From Octopus vulgaris (Eukaryota): 64,000 nucleotides of DNA. Below, in pieces: positions 40,947 through 52,899 of this stretch (position 1 is its first letter; each line of letters opens with the position of its first letter). The position numbers and the translations under genes were made by a program. Below the pieces are notes generated by a model, which saw only the letters and a program-made list of their open reading frames with translations, searched no databases and had not been told where the DNA came from. Where the stretch lies: contig OX597837.1 in assembly GCA_951406725.2 (NCBI GenBank), positions 47,244,001-47,308,000 of the forward strand. The letters run 5' to 3'.

Positions 40947-43900
40947 GTATATATATGTGTGTGTGTTTGACAAGATCCAACGAGGATTGGATCAAGCCTC
41001 CATGTCAGTTGGTGCATAGTTACAATGACCGGATGCCCTTCCCAAAACCAGCCACTTCCCAGGATGCACCGGATGTTTGCTTTTGTTCACCAGCAAAAGT
41101 AATATTGTCAAATAATGTGCAAGACTAAGTGAGGGTATAATTGTAAGAGGGGGAGGTAGCGTTATGCCATGCGATGAGAGGCTAAAGCAGTGGCCCTTAA
41201 CTGGGGTCCGTATGGCCCCTGAGGGTCTGTATAAGGGTGTTAGGAGGATGAGATGTAAGGAATGATTGGGGCAGATTGGATGCAGGGGCAGGGCCCAGCA
41301 TGTACTGGCATAAACAAAACGTTTTGGGGACCTAGTTTTCACGCGATAGCTGTATCTTCAGCACCGAGAATCGCTTATCATCTCATGATAGAATGTTTTA
41401 TGTGTACGCACATACACTATCATGCGTTTCATAGACATATAGGCAAAAAAAAAAAAAAAAACTGACAGAAGGCACTCATGTGCATATGCAGGCAACAGAA
41501 ATAACAACAAAATCATCCTCACATATCATCCTGAATATAAAGATTTAAAGATTAGGCTGTATGGTTAAGAAATTCGTGTGTGTGTGTGTGTGTTTCAGTC
41601 ATTGGACTGCGTCCGAACATCCTCGAGTTTTTCCTCATCATATGAACCCCAGAACTTGTTTCAGTCTATTATTCTATCGACTCAAGTCACGCTTTGACAC
41701 AAACGGATACAACATACACACACACAAAACACACATGGCACAGAACCACGTTTGCTAAATTTTACGGAGTCAACAGGAAGCTACAGAAGACAATTGCCCG
41801 AGGAGCCGCGCAATGAGCTTGAAACTGGATCCACGTGGTCGTCTTCACACGCATTAGACGTGTGTGTGTGTGTCGCGCATCTGTGAGGAATCCCAATAGA
41901 ACCGGTGCATCGAACAAAATAGCCCGTGGTATTTATTCCGTTCGGTTCGCATAGACACTCTCGTCACCAAGGCTACTTTTTCCCGTAAAAAATGTTACAA
42001 AATGAAATAATATCATCTCAGGAGGAACAAGATGGATAATGTAATGGGTTGGGAAACCGGAATTTTCTCAAACGCAATGTGTTTGATCACAGGTCCACTT
42101 GACTCGGAGCTAAATAGCAACACTTACCCATTCAACAAATATTTGTTATAAAACATGTTCCGCTCTTCCTGTTTACTCGTAGGCTAAATGTAAGAGAGAA
42201 GACTATATTTAAAGGTGTTCCTTCGCATCTTCTTACACGGTAATCATGCATGAGATAATGCACGACTTCAGTATTTAATCTGTTCTTTCCTTATTTAATA
42301 CGATAGAGTACGGTAAAGAGAGAGAGCGAGAATTGACTGCTATTTTTAGTAGACCGAGCGCCCACACAAAAATTCTCCTTGTTTTTTAGTCTTTTGAGTA
42401 GCCCTTATAACCAAAGGTATCCAAACATGGGCCGTATTTTCCCATGTGCAGGGATCCAGGGCCGCATTATTTAGAGTGCTGCTTTTTACTATGGGATGTT
42501 GCGGTTTCTAGCATAACAAGCGATGACGAGCACCTCGTTGGTTTCTACACGTGAAAAGTGTGTGATGCAATAGATAAAACGTTATTGGTGAAATAGTAAA
42601 TAAGGACATTCTTTAAACTTCATGAAAAAAACTTTAGTATTTACTAAATACAAAAACCAGAGAAAATGAAGAGACACTTTACACAAAGACTGTTTTTTTC
42701 GCAAAGAAAAACAAATTATTTCATGACTAAATAAACGTATAAAACGAAACTAGTCGAAACTCTTCGCAAAACGGATTGCATGTTTTTATTATTAAATTAC
42801 TTCACAAATAAATTGCAAACGGTTCGAAGAAATGTATAAACATTTCCTATTTTACAAACTGTAGTTTTTACTTTTGTTTTTGGTGCGAGTTGAACACCTT
42901 TCAGTAGACATTATAAAGTGGCATTGGATAAAAGTTATAATTGCGAACGCATGTGGATGTTGTTTCTCCACCAGGTCAGCCAAGACTGAGGAAGCTGGAA
43001 GGAATCCAACCATGGCCATATCAACTTCTATTCAGATTTGGAGAAAAGTATCGTCTTTTTTCCTAAGTGAAGACGGTGGAGGACGATTTTAAAGGAGACT
43101 TTGCTGCTATTTTTAGTGGGTTTTGTGACCACCAAGAGGTTACTTCATTGACTCACGTGCAAATATGCGCATCTTATTTAGTAGTAATTAGTAATAGTAG
43201 CGAGAAATACAATGTGCTTCAATACACAAGCAGACAATATTTTTATACATTATATAAACACAAGGTACCAAAAAAGCAGCGTGTATATGTAGAACCGCTT
43301 ATATTAAATGCAGAGTCCACATGCCGGAAAATAAAAAGAGAGAAAATAAAGTCTGGTGCCGCGGTTTTTGCCTTTTACAAGAGAAACGAGAAAATGGGAA
43401 TTGTGTGAGGTTCTGGGTTTCCTTTTTCTCTTTTTCTTTACCTGGCAATAAGGATCGTTAATTAAAGTACAGTAAAAGTGAGTTAAGCTACAACCGGGAA
43501 TCGAAACCGAATCGCGAACTCTAACGAAGTTCCCATTTTCAACAGTGATTACAGATAACGAAGAAATTTTTAAAAGACTATGAAATTAAGGACAAATAAA
43601 TGAAGATAGAAAATTTTTTTTCTTTTTAATACTTACGCTTATTGAAGCTGCTGGCATATTTAACAAAAGTATAGAAAGAAAGAGAAAGCTAAAACGCCAT
43701 TTTGTATTCCTCTCTCTCTGGCTCACTCTCTTTCTCTCTCTCACTCGCTCTCTTTCTCTCTCTCTCTCGCTCTCTTTCTCTCTCTCTCTCTCACTTATTC
43801 TCTCATTGCTACCCACGTTTCTTCTCTCGCTTTCTTCTTTCCCTCTATTCTGTCGTTTTTCCATCGCTAAAAATACATTTATTCTTCTTGAATACCCTTT

Positions 43901-44224
43901 CTTTCGGCTTCTCTTCCTCATGGGTGACAACTCACCGTCGAGAACCTATTCCCACCTACGCTCGTCCCCTTTTTTTTTTTAACACACGCACAAATATCTG
44001 TACATAAAAATTTCTAGCTTCGGCTTCTGTATAAGGCTACCAGTCCTGAGGGGAGGGCTCGGTTAGATCGATCTCTGTATTCAGTACTTATTTTATCGAC
44101 CACTAAAGAATGAAAAGTCACGAAAGATCTCGACAGGATTTGAACTCACATTGTAAAGAACCGCAACGAAATACCAACGGGCATTTTTTTCTTGGACTCT
44201 AACGATTCGGCCAATCCATCATAT

Positions 44225-45210
44225 TCTTTTTCTCTTTTACTTGTTTCAGTCATTTGACTGCGGCCATGCTGGAGGACCGCCTTTAGCGGAGCAAATCGAC
44301 CCCAGGACTTATTCTTTGTAAACCTAGTACTTATTCTATCGGTCTCTTTGCCGAACCGCTAAGTTACGGGGACCTAAACACACCAGCATCGGTTGTCAAG
44401 CGATGATCGGGGGACAAACACAAACGCACAAACATATACACACACCACAAGGCTTTGGTCGGCCCGAGGCTATAGTAGAAGACACTTGCCCAAGGTGCCA
44501 TGCAGTGGGACTGAACCTGGAACCATATGGTTGGTGAGCAAGCTACTTACCACACAGCCACTCCTACGCCTATATACACATATATATATATGTGTGTGTG
44601 TGTTTATATATATTATATAAGGGTGCAAAATAGCACCTACAATTGCTGGAAATAAGAGCTAAACAATATAACTCGAATAGCCACACAAAAACCACATACA
44701 TCATGAGATGGTCAAAGGGACTGCGAGCGACAAGCCACATAACGTATTTAATATATCGATATTAATTTATCGTTAAGGCGGCGAGCTGGCGCCTGGCGAA
44801 ATGCTTAGCGGTATTTCGTCTGCCGTTACGTTCTGAGTTCAAATTCCGCCGAGTTCGACTTTGCCTTTCATCCTTTCGGAGTCGATAAATTAAGTACCAG
44901 TTACGCACTGGGGTCGATATAATCGACTTAATCTGTTTGTCTGTCCTTGTTTGCCCTCTCCGTGTTTAGCTCCTTGTGGGTAGTAAAGAAACAGGTATTT
45001 CGTCTGCCGTTACGTTCTGAGTTCAAATTCCGCCGAGGTCGACTTTGCCTTTTATTCTTTCTGGTCGATAAATTAAGTGCCAGTTGCGTACTGGGATCGA
45101 TTTAATCGACTGGCCCACTTCCCAAAAATTTCGGGCCTTTTGCCATTGAATAGAAAAGAATATTAATTTATCGTTATATCTTATTGTAGGTATATGTATA
45201 TTAGTATATT

Positions 45211-45245
<35 letters not shown>

Positions 45246-46010
45246 ATGCGTGCGCGGAAATATATATTCTTTTACTTGTTTCAGTCATTTGACTGTGGCC
45301 ATGCTGGAGCACCGCCTTTAGTCGAACAAATCGGCCCCGGGATTTACTCTTTGTAAGCCTAATACTTATTCTATCGGTCCTTTTGCCGAACCGCTATGTT
45401 ACGGGTACGTAAACACACCAACATCGGTTGTCAAGCGATGTAGGGGGGACAAACACACACATACAAACATATACACACACACATATATATACATAAATAT
45501 ATACGACGGGCTTCTTTCATTTTCCATCTACGGCTAGAAATGGAATAGTAGACTCACTTCCTCACAGTATCCGAACACAGATTATGTGTCGGGTGCCAGC
45601 TAAAATGTAGTAACATCGTCCTGCGTAGGACTGCCACGTTACGTTGGCAAACGGACTTCACTATATATTATATAGGTACAGGAGTGGCTGTGTGGTAAGT
45701 AGCTTGCCTACCAACCACATGGTTCTGGGTTCAGTCCCACTGCGTGGCATCTTGGGCAAGTGTCTTCTGCTATAGCCTCGGGCCGACCAATGCCTTGTGA
45801 GTGGATTTGGTAGACGGAAACTGAAAGAAGCCTCTCGTATATATGTATATATATATATATATATATGTATGTATATGTTTGTGTGTCTGTTTGTCCCTCT
45901 AGCATTGCTTGACAACCGATGCTGGTGTGTTTACGTCCCCGTCACTTAGCGGTTCGGCAAAAGAGACCGATAGAATAAGTACTGGGCTTACAAAGAATAA
46001 GTCCCGGGAT
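44225..46010. mobile_element. SINE cluster: family A (44225-44570 -, 45268-45530 -, 45676-46010 +) and family B (44776-45160 +)
   Basis: Near-identity to the other copies in the window. Confidence 0.85.
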
Positions 46011-46114
46011 TTTTAATGATTTTTGCTCGGGTTATATAAGGGAAGTAACTCTCTAAAAATGCTTATATAGTTATTTCCCTTAGAAACCCGAGCAACGCCG
46101 GGCGATACTGCTAG
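46010..46114 (+). mobile_element. Helitron 3' terminus
   Basis: CCCGagcaacgcCGGG hairpin followed 8 nt later by CTAG|T. Confidence 0.7.
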
Positions 46115-46243
46115 TATATATATATATATATATATTTAAATATTTGTTGCGCAATATGACCATTCCGAAATATAACAATATATATATATATATATATATA
46201 TATTTATGTATATATATATATACACATATACATATATATACAT

Positions 46244-46298
<55 letters not shown>

Positions 46299-46475
46299 CA
46301 CACACATATATGTGTGTGTGTGTGTGTGTGTGTGCGTGTGTATAAGTTCAGCAAAATTTAGATTCAGATGAATATGGTACTTAAGTTAAAGGCACCAGAA
46401 TTTTGTATGGTATTATCCATATAAATCAAATGGGGTGATTATAATCAAAATAAGCAACAAGGATATCCATGGTAG

Positions 46476-46552
46476 TGTAGTACAATCGTTTCATGCTACT
46501 TTATTTTATTAAACCCTCTAAGTATTACATTGTCGAGCAATCTTCAGCCACA
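46476..46552 (-). ncRNA. Type I hammerhead ribozyme motif
   Basis: TGTGG CTGAAGA tTGCT..AGCAt GAAA CGATTG TA CTACA; GUA cleavage triplet; near-palindromic stem III. Confidence 0.65.
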
Positions 46553-46734
46553 TATAGAATTTTTTAATTAAATGGACAATGTATATTTTTATACTTATTT
46601 CATTTGCCAACATTACAAAGAGTGTAGATATATAGACAGAGAGATTAATTTCATCATTAAGAACATGGCACTAGAAGGTCCTTCTCCATCTGTAGATTTA
46701 TATATATATATATATAATATAATATATAATACAT

Positions 46735-49700
46735 AACTGGCTCTTTTCGTCTATGCAGACGGTCAATTTAGTTTAGAGGTCCCTTAATCGAACATATCAG
46801 GGGCTCCCTTTCTTGCAGCTTGTTTCATGGCTGCTTCTTCCAATGATTGAAGCACAGCTTCTGTCACAGTACTTGCCTACCAAGAGGGTGGCTCGGTGCT
46901 CTGCATTTCTCTTGTTTTCCTTTCGCTGCTGACGCTTCTCAACTTGTTTGTCTCTGTAGCTGCTCTCCAGCAAAGCAGTTCCTTCCTTCACCACAGTTCT
47001 CCATGTTGTTCTGTCCTCAGCCCTCTCTTCCCAGGTGCTGGCATCCACCTCACACTTGGACAAACTAGTTTTGCAAGTGTCCATATACCTCAGTTTTGGT
47101 CGTCCTCTTGGTCTCTTGCCCTGGGTCAGTTCTCCATAGAGCAGTTGCTTCAGGATTCGATGGTCATCCGTTCTCCTGACAGGCCCCAGTCACCTCAGTC
47201 TTCTCATACACAAGATAGCTGTCATGCTTTGAAGATTCGCCTGCACCAGCACTTCAACATTGGTGACCTTGTGACGCCATGTTATGCCTAAGATCTTGTG
47301 GAGGCATCTGAGATGGAAGATGCCGAGGCACCTTTCCTGTCTGCTGTACAAGGTTCATGTTTCAGTGAAAATAAAGGCGTGTGCTGCGAACACATGCTTC
47401 ATAAATCCTGTCTTGATGTCTAATCTCTAGTTCTTCCATGCTCGTTCTGTCAGCCTTCCAAAAGTTGTTGCTGCCTTCCTTATCCTGACGTTAATCTCAT
47501 CATCAAGTGAAGCAGTAGAGGAAATGGTAGACCCTGGATAGCAGAACCTGTCCACTGTCTCATGCACTTTGTCATCAAGCTTTATGTGGCCTTTCGCTGC
47601 GCCCTTCTGAGTGAGGATGACTGTCTTCTTTACACTGATGACCAAACTGAAGGTTTTGCATGCTGATGACAGGTGGTCCATCGTTATTTGTAGAGTTAAT
47701 TCACTGTGAGCAACAAGTGCCGCATCGTCGGTGAAGAGAAAGTCTCTTATTGTTGCTCTATTGATATTGGTCTTGGCCCGAAGTCTAGAAAGATCAAAGA
47801 GTGACCCATCAGTTCTCCAACAAAGGCAGACATCCCTTGGCAACTCTTGAAATGCCTACTGCAGCAATACAGCAAAGTAAATGCTGAAAAGGTTTGGTGC
47901 TAAGACACAACCTTGTTTTACTCCGCTGTTGATGTTGAAGCTATTTGATGATATTAAGCTGTCAAACTGAATGGTGGCCTCCATGTCATCATGGAACGAA
48001 ACAATGTGCTGCTGTAGTATTGGGGGACAGCCACATTTTCCAAGCACCATGTACAGTCCTGATCTGCTGACTGTATCAAATGCCTTTGTCAGATCGACAA
48101 ATGCTATATATAGTGGGAATCACTGCTCCCTGCATTTTTCTTGTAGTTGACGAATGGAGAAGATCACATCCATTGTTGAGCGGTTGGATCTAAAGCCGCA
48201 CTGGCTCTCTGGTAGTACTCTTTCTGCTGGCTTCTGAAGTCGTTTCAGAATGATCCTCGCAAAAGCTTTTCCAATGATGCTCAGAAGTGAGATGCCTCTG
48301 TAGTTATTGCAATCTCCCGTGTCCCCTTTATTTTTGTAGAGAGTGATGATCTTGGGATCTCTCATATCCGGTGGAATTTTTACTTCCAACGAACACATCT
48401 TTAGTAACTTGTATAAATGTGGAAGGAGGGCATCTTTGTTCTCTTTCAACACTTCAGCAGGTATATTGCCATTTCCTGGTGCTTTTCCGCTTGCAGTGGA
48501 GAGTTCTTCTTCCGTTGGTGGTATATCAAGTTCCGTCTTTTCAGGGAGCTGAGGAATGGCCTCATCAAGCTGTCTATCAACATCTCACACCTTTGTCTAC
48601 AATTGAGAGTAATGTTCCACCCATCTTTCCATTTGTTTCTTCTTGTCCGTCAGCTGGTCACCTGTTGCAGACTTGAGAGGTGCCACTTTACTCACTGTTG
48701 GTCCGATAGCAACTCTAATCTTCTCATACATTTTCCTGATGTTACCCATGTCACTCGCCTGTTGAATTTCCAAGCATAATTTATCCCGGTACTGGTTGGC
48801 ACATTTTCTAGTTTCTTTTTGAAGGTTGGATTATGCAGCATGTACCTGTTGCTTTCTACTTTCTGTTGGCTTTCTCTTGTGCTTTATGAAGATCTCGCGC
48901 TTTTTCTCAAGTAATGGCATCAGTATTGATGCATTGGCTTTGATCCAGTCCTCCTCGGAAAGTCGATCCGTTCCAAAGGCCCTCGACACAGAATCATATA
49001 TTGCTGATTTCATGTTGTTCCAAATGTCGTCAGGGGATGAGCTATCTAAGTTTTGGAGCTGTTCTTCAACATATTCTTGAAATTTGGTTCTCATTGCTGG
49101 ATCTTGGGTGTTTTTTGTGTTGATCTTAGGTTTCCTTGGTTTTTCGGCTCTTGGTATTTTCTTTGTGACCATCTTTATCTTGGCTATAACCATCAGATGA
49201 TCTGTGTTACAGTCTGCACTGTGGAAGGATCTTGTTTGCTTCACAGTGTTGACATCATTCTTTCTGATGATGACGAGGTCAATCTGGTGCCAATGACCTG
49301 ATCTTGGTTGGCACCAAGAAACTTTATACCGGTCTCTGGCCATTGAAGGTTTTTGCAATGGACAGGTTGTTATTTGTACTAAATTCTAAGAGTTTCTGGC
49401 CATTCAAATTGATTTTCCCCAGTCCAAACTGTCCAAGGCAGTTGGACCATGCTCGGTAATCAATGCCTACTCTTGCATTGAAATCGCCCATGAGAAAGAA
49501 TTGGTCTGCTTTTGGGACTCTGTTGGTCACATCCTGAAGTTCCTCGTACAACTGATCTTTCTTCTCATTTTCTACTGTTAGAATCGGGGAATAAGCACTA
49601 ATGAGATGGGCCCTTCCAGTTTTAGTCCCCACTTCCATGATAGTGATGCGCTCAGATATGCCTCGAGGAGTACTGACCTTGTTCAGCAATCTGTTGTGTA

Positions 49701-50260
49701 CTGCGAACCCCACACCATGGATTCTCCTCTCATCTTCCCCAAGGCCCTTCCAGAAGAATGTGTGACTTCTTTCCCTAATGGAACCAGAGTCAGCAAGTCT
49801 TGTCTCTTGCAGGGCAATGATGTCTACATTCAGCTGTGTGAGCTCCCTGTCGATGATTGCCGTTTTCCTGATGTCCCCTGTTTTGTCCAGGTCGGTAATG
49901 TCCATTCCAGCTGTCACTGTTCTAACATTCCAGGTCCCCAGTTTCAATGGGGTCAATTTCAATTTTCTTCCTCTTTTGCCAGGTGCTGGGCTTTACATCT
50001 GCTTTTCGGTATTTGTCCTAGCTCCATACACCCTTAACAGCGGACAGACGCGGTGGATCAGCACCTTACTGACTGGGCACTGCCCAGTTTAAGACGGGCG
50101 GTAGCTGATCAGTGCGATTGAATAACCACTCCCATCGTCAAAGATGATCCATAGTGACATCCTGCTTCACCAAATAAGGATGTCTTATAATCCGAAAACT
50201 GCCACTTCCGTGTTGTTTCCTTTGCCTGTTACAGCAAGGATGAAGTGTCCTCTCCCTATG
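46735..50260 (-). mobile_element. Near full-length, frameshifted RTE-BovB-type LINE (APE endonuclease + RT)
   Basis: GTWNVRT, IALQETRL, GDFNARVG, HWHQIDLV, TDH; NYRGISLL, QCGFR, FVDLTKAFD, GVKQGCVLAP, FTDD; C-terminal Cys/His motif; 3' CGTCT/AGACG hairpin; about 300-nt 5' UTR. Confidence 0.95.
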
Positions 50261-50530
50261 CTCTCTCTCTTTTTTTTTTTCTTTCTCAGTATCCTCCCAG
50301 AAATTCTAAGTCTTTGGCTTGGCTAAGCTAAATTCCTGGGCTCTGAATGTATGGAGAACGTGCCTTACGATCCCCCTTTCGACTTCACTGATTTACTCCA
50401 AAGGAGAGACAAGGTCAATACATTTGGAACCAGAAAAGTTGCAGGGTCTTCCAGAAGATAGTTTGGATCATTCCTCCCCATCATTTGCCGTTTTGGTAGC
50501 AGCTCTAGTCTGACCTCTCTCTCTCTTTCC

Positions 50531-50573
<43 letters not shown>

Positions 50574-50589
50574 GTACATACACAATATT

Positions 50590-50786
50590 ACGTCCCAACT
50601 ACATTGCCTCAACAGGCCCAGCTCTCTTTAATACCAAAACACATCAAAACGGAAACGGATCCCATAAAATACAAAAGTTCAATGGAGAAATTTCTTCAAA
50701 AAATCTCGGACCAACTTCTTAAACTCGAATATGTCTTCAGCAATAACAACTCTTTGTTAGAGTGGGCCATAGTGTCCCATTTATGA
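50590..50786 (+). mobile_element. CR1/L2-group LINE C-terminal fragment
   Basis: LIPKHIK..YKSSMEKFLQKISDQ..NNSLLEW resembles the terminal segment of this group's ORF2. Confidence 0.45.
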
Positions 50787-50833
50787 CCGAAAGACTTCTC
50801 TAGGTGATGCTATTGACTGAAACCTATCAAAGT

Positions 50834-50898
<65 letters not shown>

Positions 50899-50971
50899 GT
50901 GTGTGTGTGTGTATATGCGTATGTATATGTATATGTATATACATTTTCCCTTCGACTTTCCTCTGATTCCT

Positions 50972-51006
50972 GTTCCTGAAGAAGAGCTTTGCTCGAAACG
51001 TAAAAC
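50972..51006 (+). ncRNA. Minimal type I hammerhead ribozyme motif
   Basis: GTTC CTGAAGA a GAGC ttt GCTC GAAAC GTA AAAC; ACGT palindromic stem III, GUA site; lies within repeat 50943-51115. Confidence 0.7.
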
Positions 51007-51115
51007 CACCTTTCTTTCTTTCCCTGAGCATCTGCTAATACTTTGCATGTTCCACGTCCTCGCCTCGCGCGTTGTTGTTTTTTCTTTTGTTTGTTCTTCG
51101 TATTTTGGGATTTGC

Positions 51116-51155
<40 letters not shown>

Positions 51156-51708
51156 TATATATATATATATATATATGCATATATATACATATGTGTATGT
51201 ATATTTATACATATAAATATATTCAAATACATATGTATATATATACATATATATGTGTATATATATGTATATATATGCATATATATATACATATATATGT
51301 GTATATATATGTATATATATGCATATGCATGTATACACATATATGTATATATATATGTGTGTGTGTGCGCGCACGTGTAATATGCACCAGCACACCTCCA
51401 GCCTACGAGACGAAAATAGTAAAATGATTGCGTTGGCATCGATAATTATGTGATTGGTTTCATATGAAATTCTTGTTCGAGTCCTAGAGTTTAGTTTTGT
51501 CTGAGATAGCCACACACGCATACACACAAACAAATGCGCGCGCACACACACACACACACACAATTCTATATCTAAACACACGAACCTGCTTCTACAGACA
51601 CAAGCACTTTGCGTTGTTTTATTGTTTATTTATCGATCAATTCGTTTCCGTTCAGATTGAGTTTCTCCCTGGACAAAGCTTTTGTTTATTATTTTGTTTT
51701 TATTTTAG

Positions 51709-51942
51709 GTCGTTTCAAAAATACGTTTTCATTTTTGACTCTGTTTTTCTCCGTTCTTGTGGTGCGTGTTTGAAGCAATAAGGTGAAAAATACAACATGA
51801 ATTTATTGTTTCTGTGCGAAATATTATCATCATTGTTGTTGCTGTTGTTGATATTATCCTCATCGCCATTAATTATTGGCATCTGGAATGTTGCCAGTCG
51901 TTCACTGAACTCTTTCTGCTGACCCAGGAGGTCAGAAGAACG
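51709..51942 (+). other. Candidate exon with short hydrophobic ORF
   Basis: Acceptor attttgtttttattttag|, donor ACG|gtaaga, ACAACATG start; 41-aa ORF 51797-51922. Confidence 0.35.
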
Positions 51943-52899
51943 GTAAGAATTACGTTCTATTGAATGTTTAATGTAACATAAATGACGACGTTTTAGGAAT
52001 GGTTTTCTGGGCTGTCGACAAGGACATGTTGAGTAGTTAGTAACTTTTGGAGGCCGTTCGGAATTTGGACTGTTTCCAAAAGTTCTCGGTTTGGTAGTGC
52101 TACAGTATGAATTGGATGAGAGGGACAAGCGTTACTGTATCGGAGATCTTTGTAACTGACCATGTTCAAGATGCGTGCAGGACAACGAAACTGTCCAGTA
52201 CACACGAGTTCGGTTCTGTGTTTACATTTGATTTATTAAATATGTGCATTGCTGATTTGTGGGTTTATGTCTAGCAGTTGTTATCACATGCGAGGCGGAT
52301 TTGTCTATCAGCCGAGTCTGTCGTGAAGATTGACCCACTACCTTTCTTTGGCAAGGATGAGCAATTTCTCTCTGCCAAGATACTATGGAGAAAAAAATTG
52401 TGCGGTAGACGAAGCTGAAAGATTTAAAGACAGAGGGTTTTTTGCTTTTCTTTTTTTTTAAACCAAATCCTTATCAACCTTCTTCAAGTGCCTTTTGATG
52501 AGGAAGATGAAAGTACACTGAACCGCAAAAGAAACACGATTTTTTCAAATGTTATTTTGAAAATTTATTTCGGGGATGTAAGTCTAAATATTCCAAGACA
52601 AGCTGGTGTATGGCTGAGACTCAAACTGTAGGTAAACCTTTCAACTTTCCCTGAAACGAGATGCCAAAACGCAGCAGCGTTGAATGCCGTGGGAAGAAGT
52701 CGCAAATAATTGTCATGAAAACCGAAATGCGCATACGTTTTGTGGCGGTTATGGGTATAAAAATCAACTTGAACTGCGTTCATGGCATTCGAAATCCGTC
52801 CCATTGCCCCTCCCCTCACTTTTTGGATTTGGGATTTTACCATTTGTAGATTGTACCTTGTTGGATTGCTTTCTTTACCTGTTATTGTGTTTACTATTG

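Noticed and set aside
51715-52128. 137-aa minus-strand ORF
   Set aside because: Non-ATG start just after a stop codon and no recognisable domain; the splice signals favour the + strand
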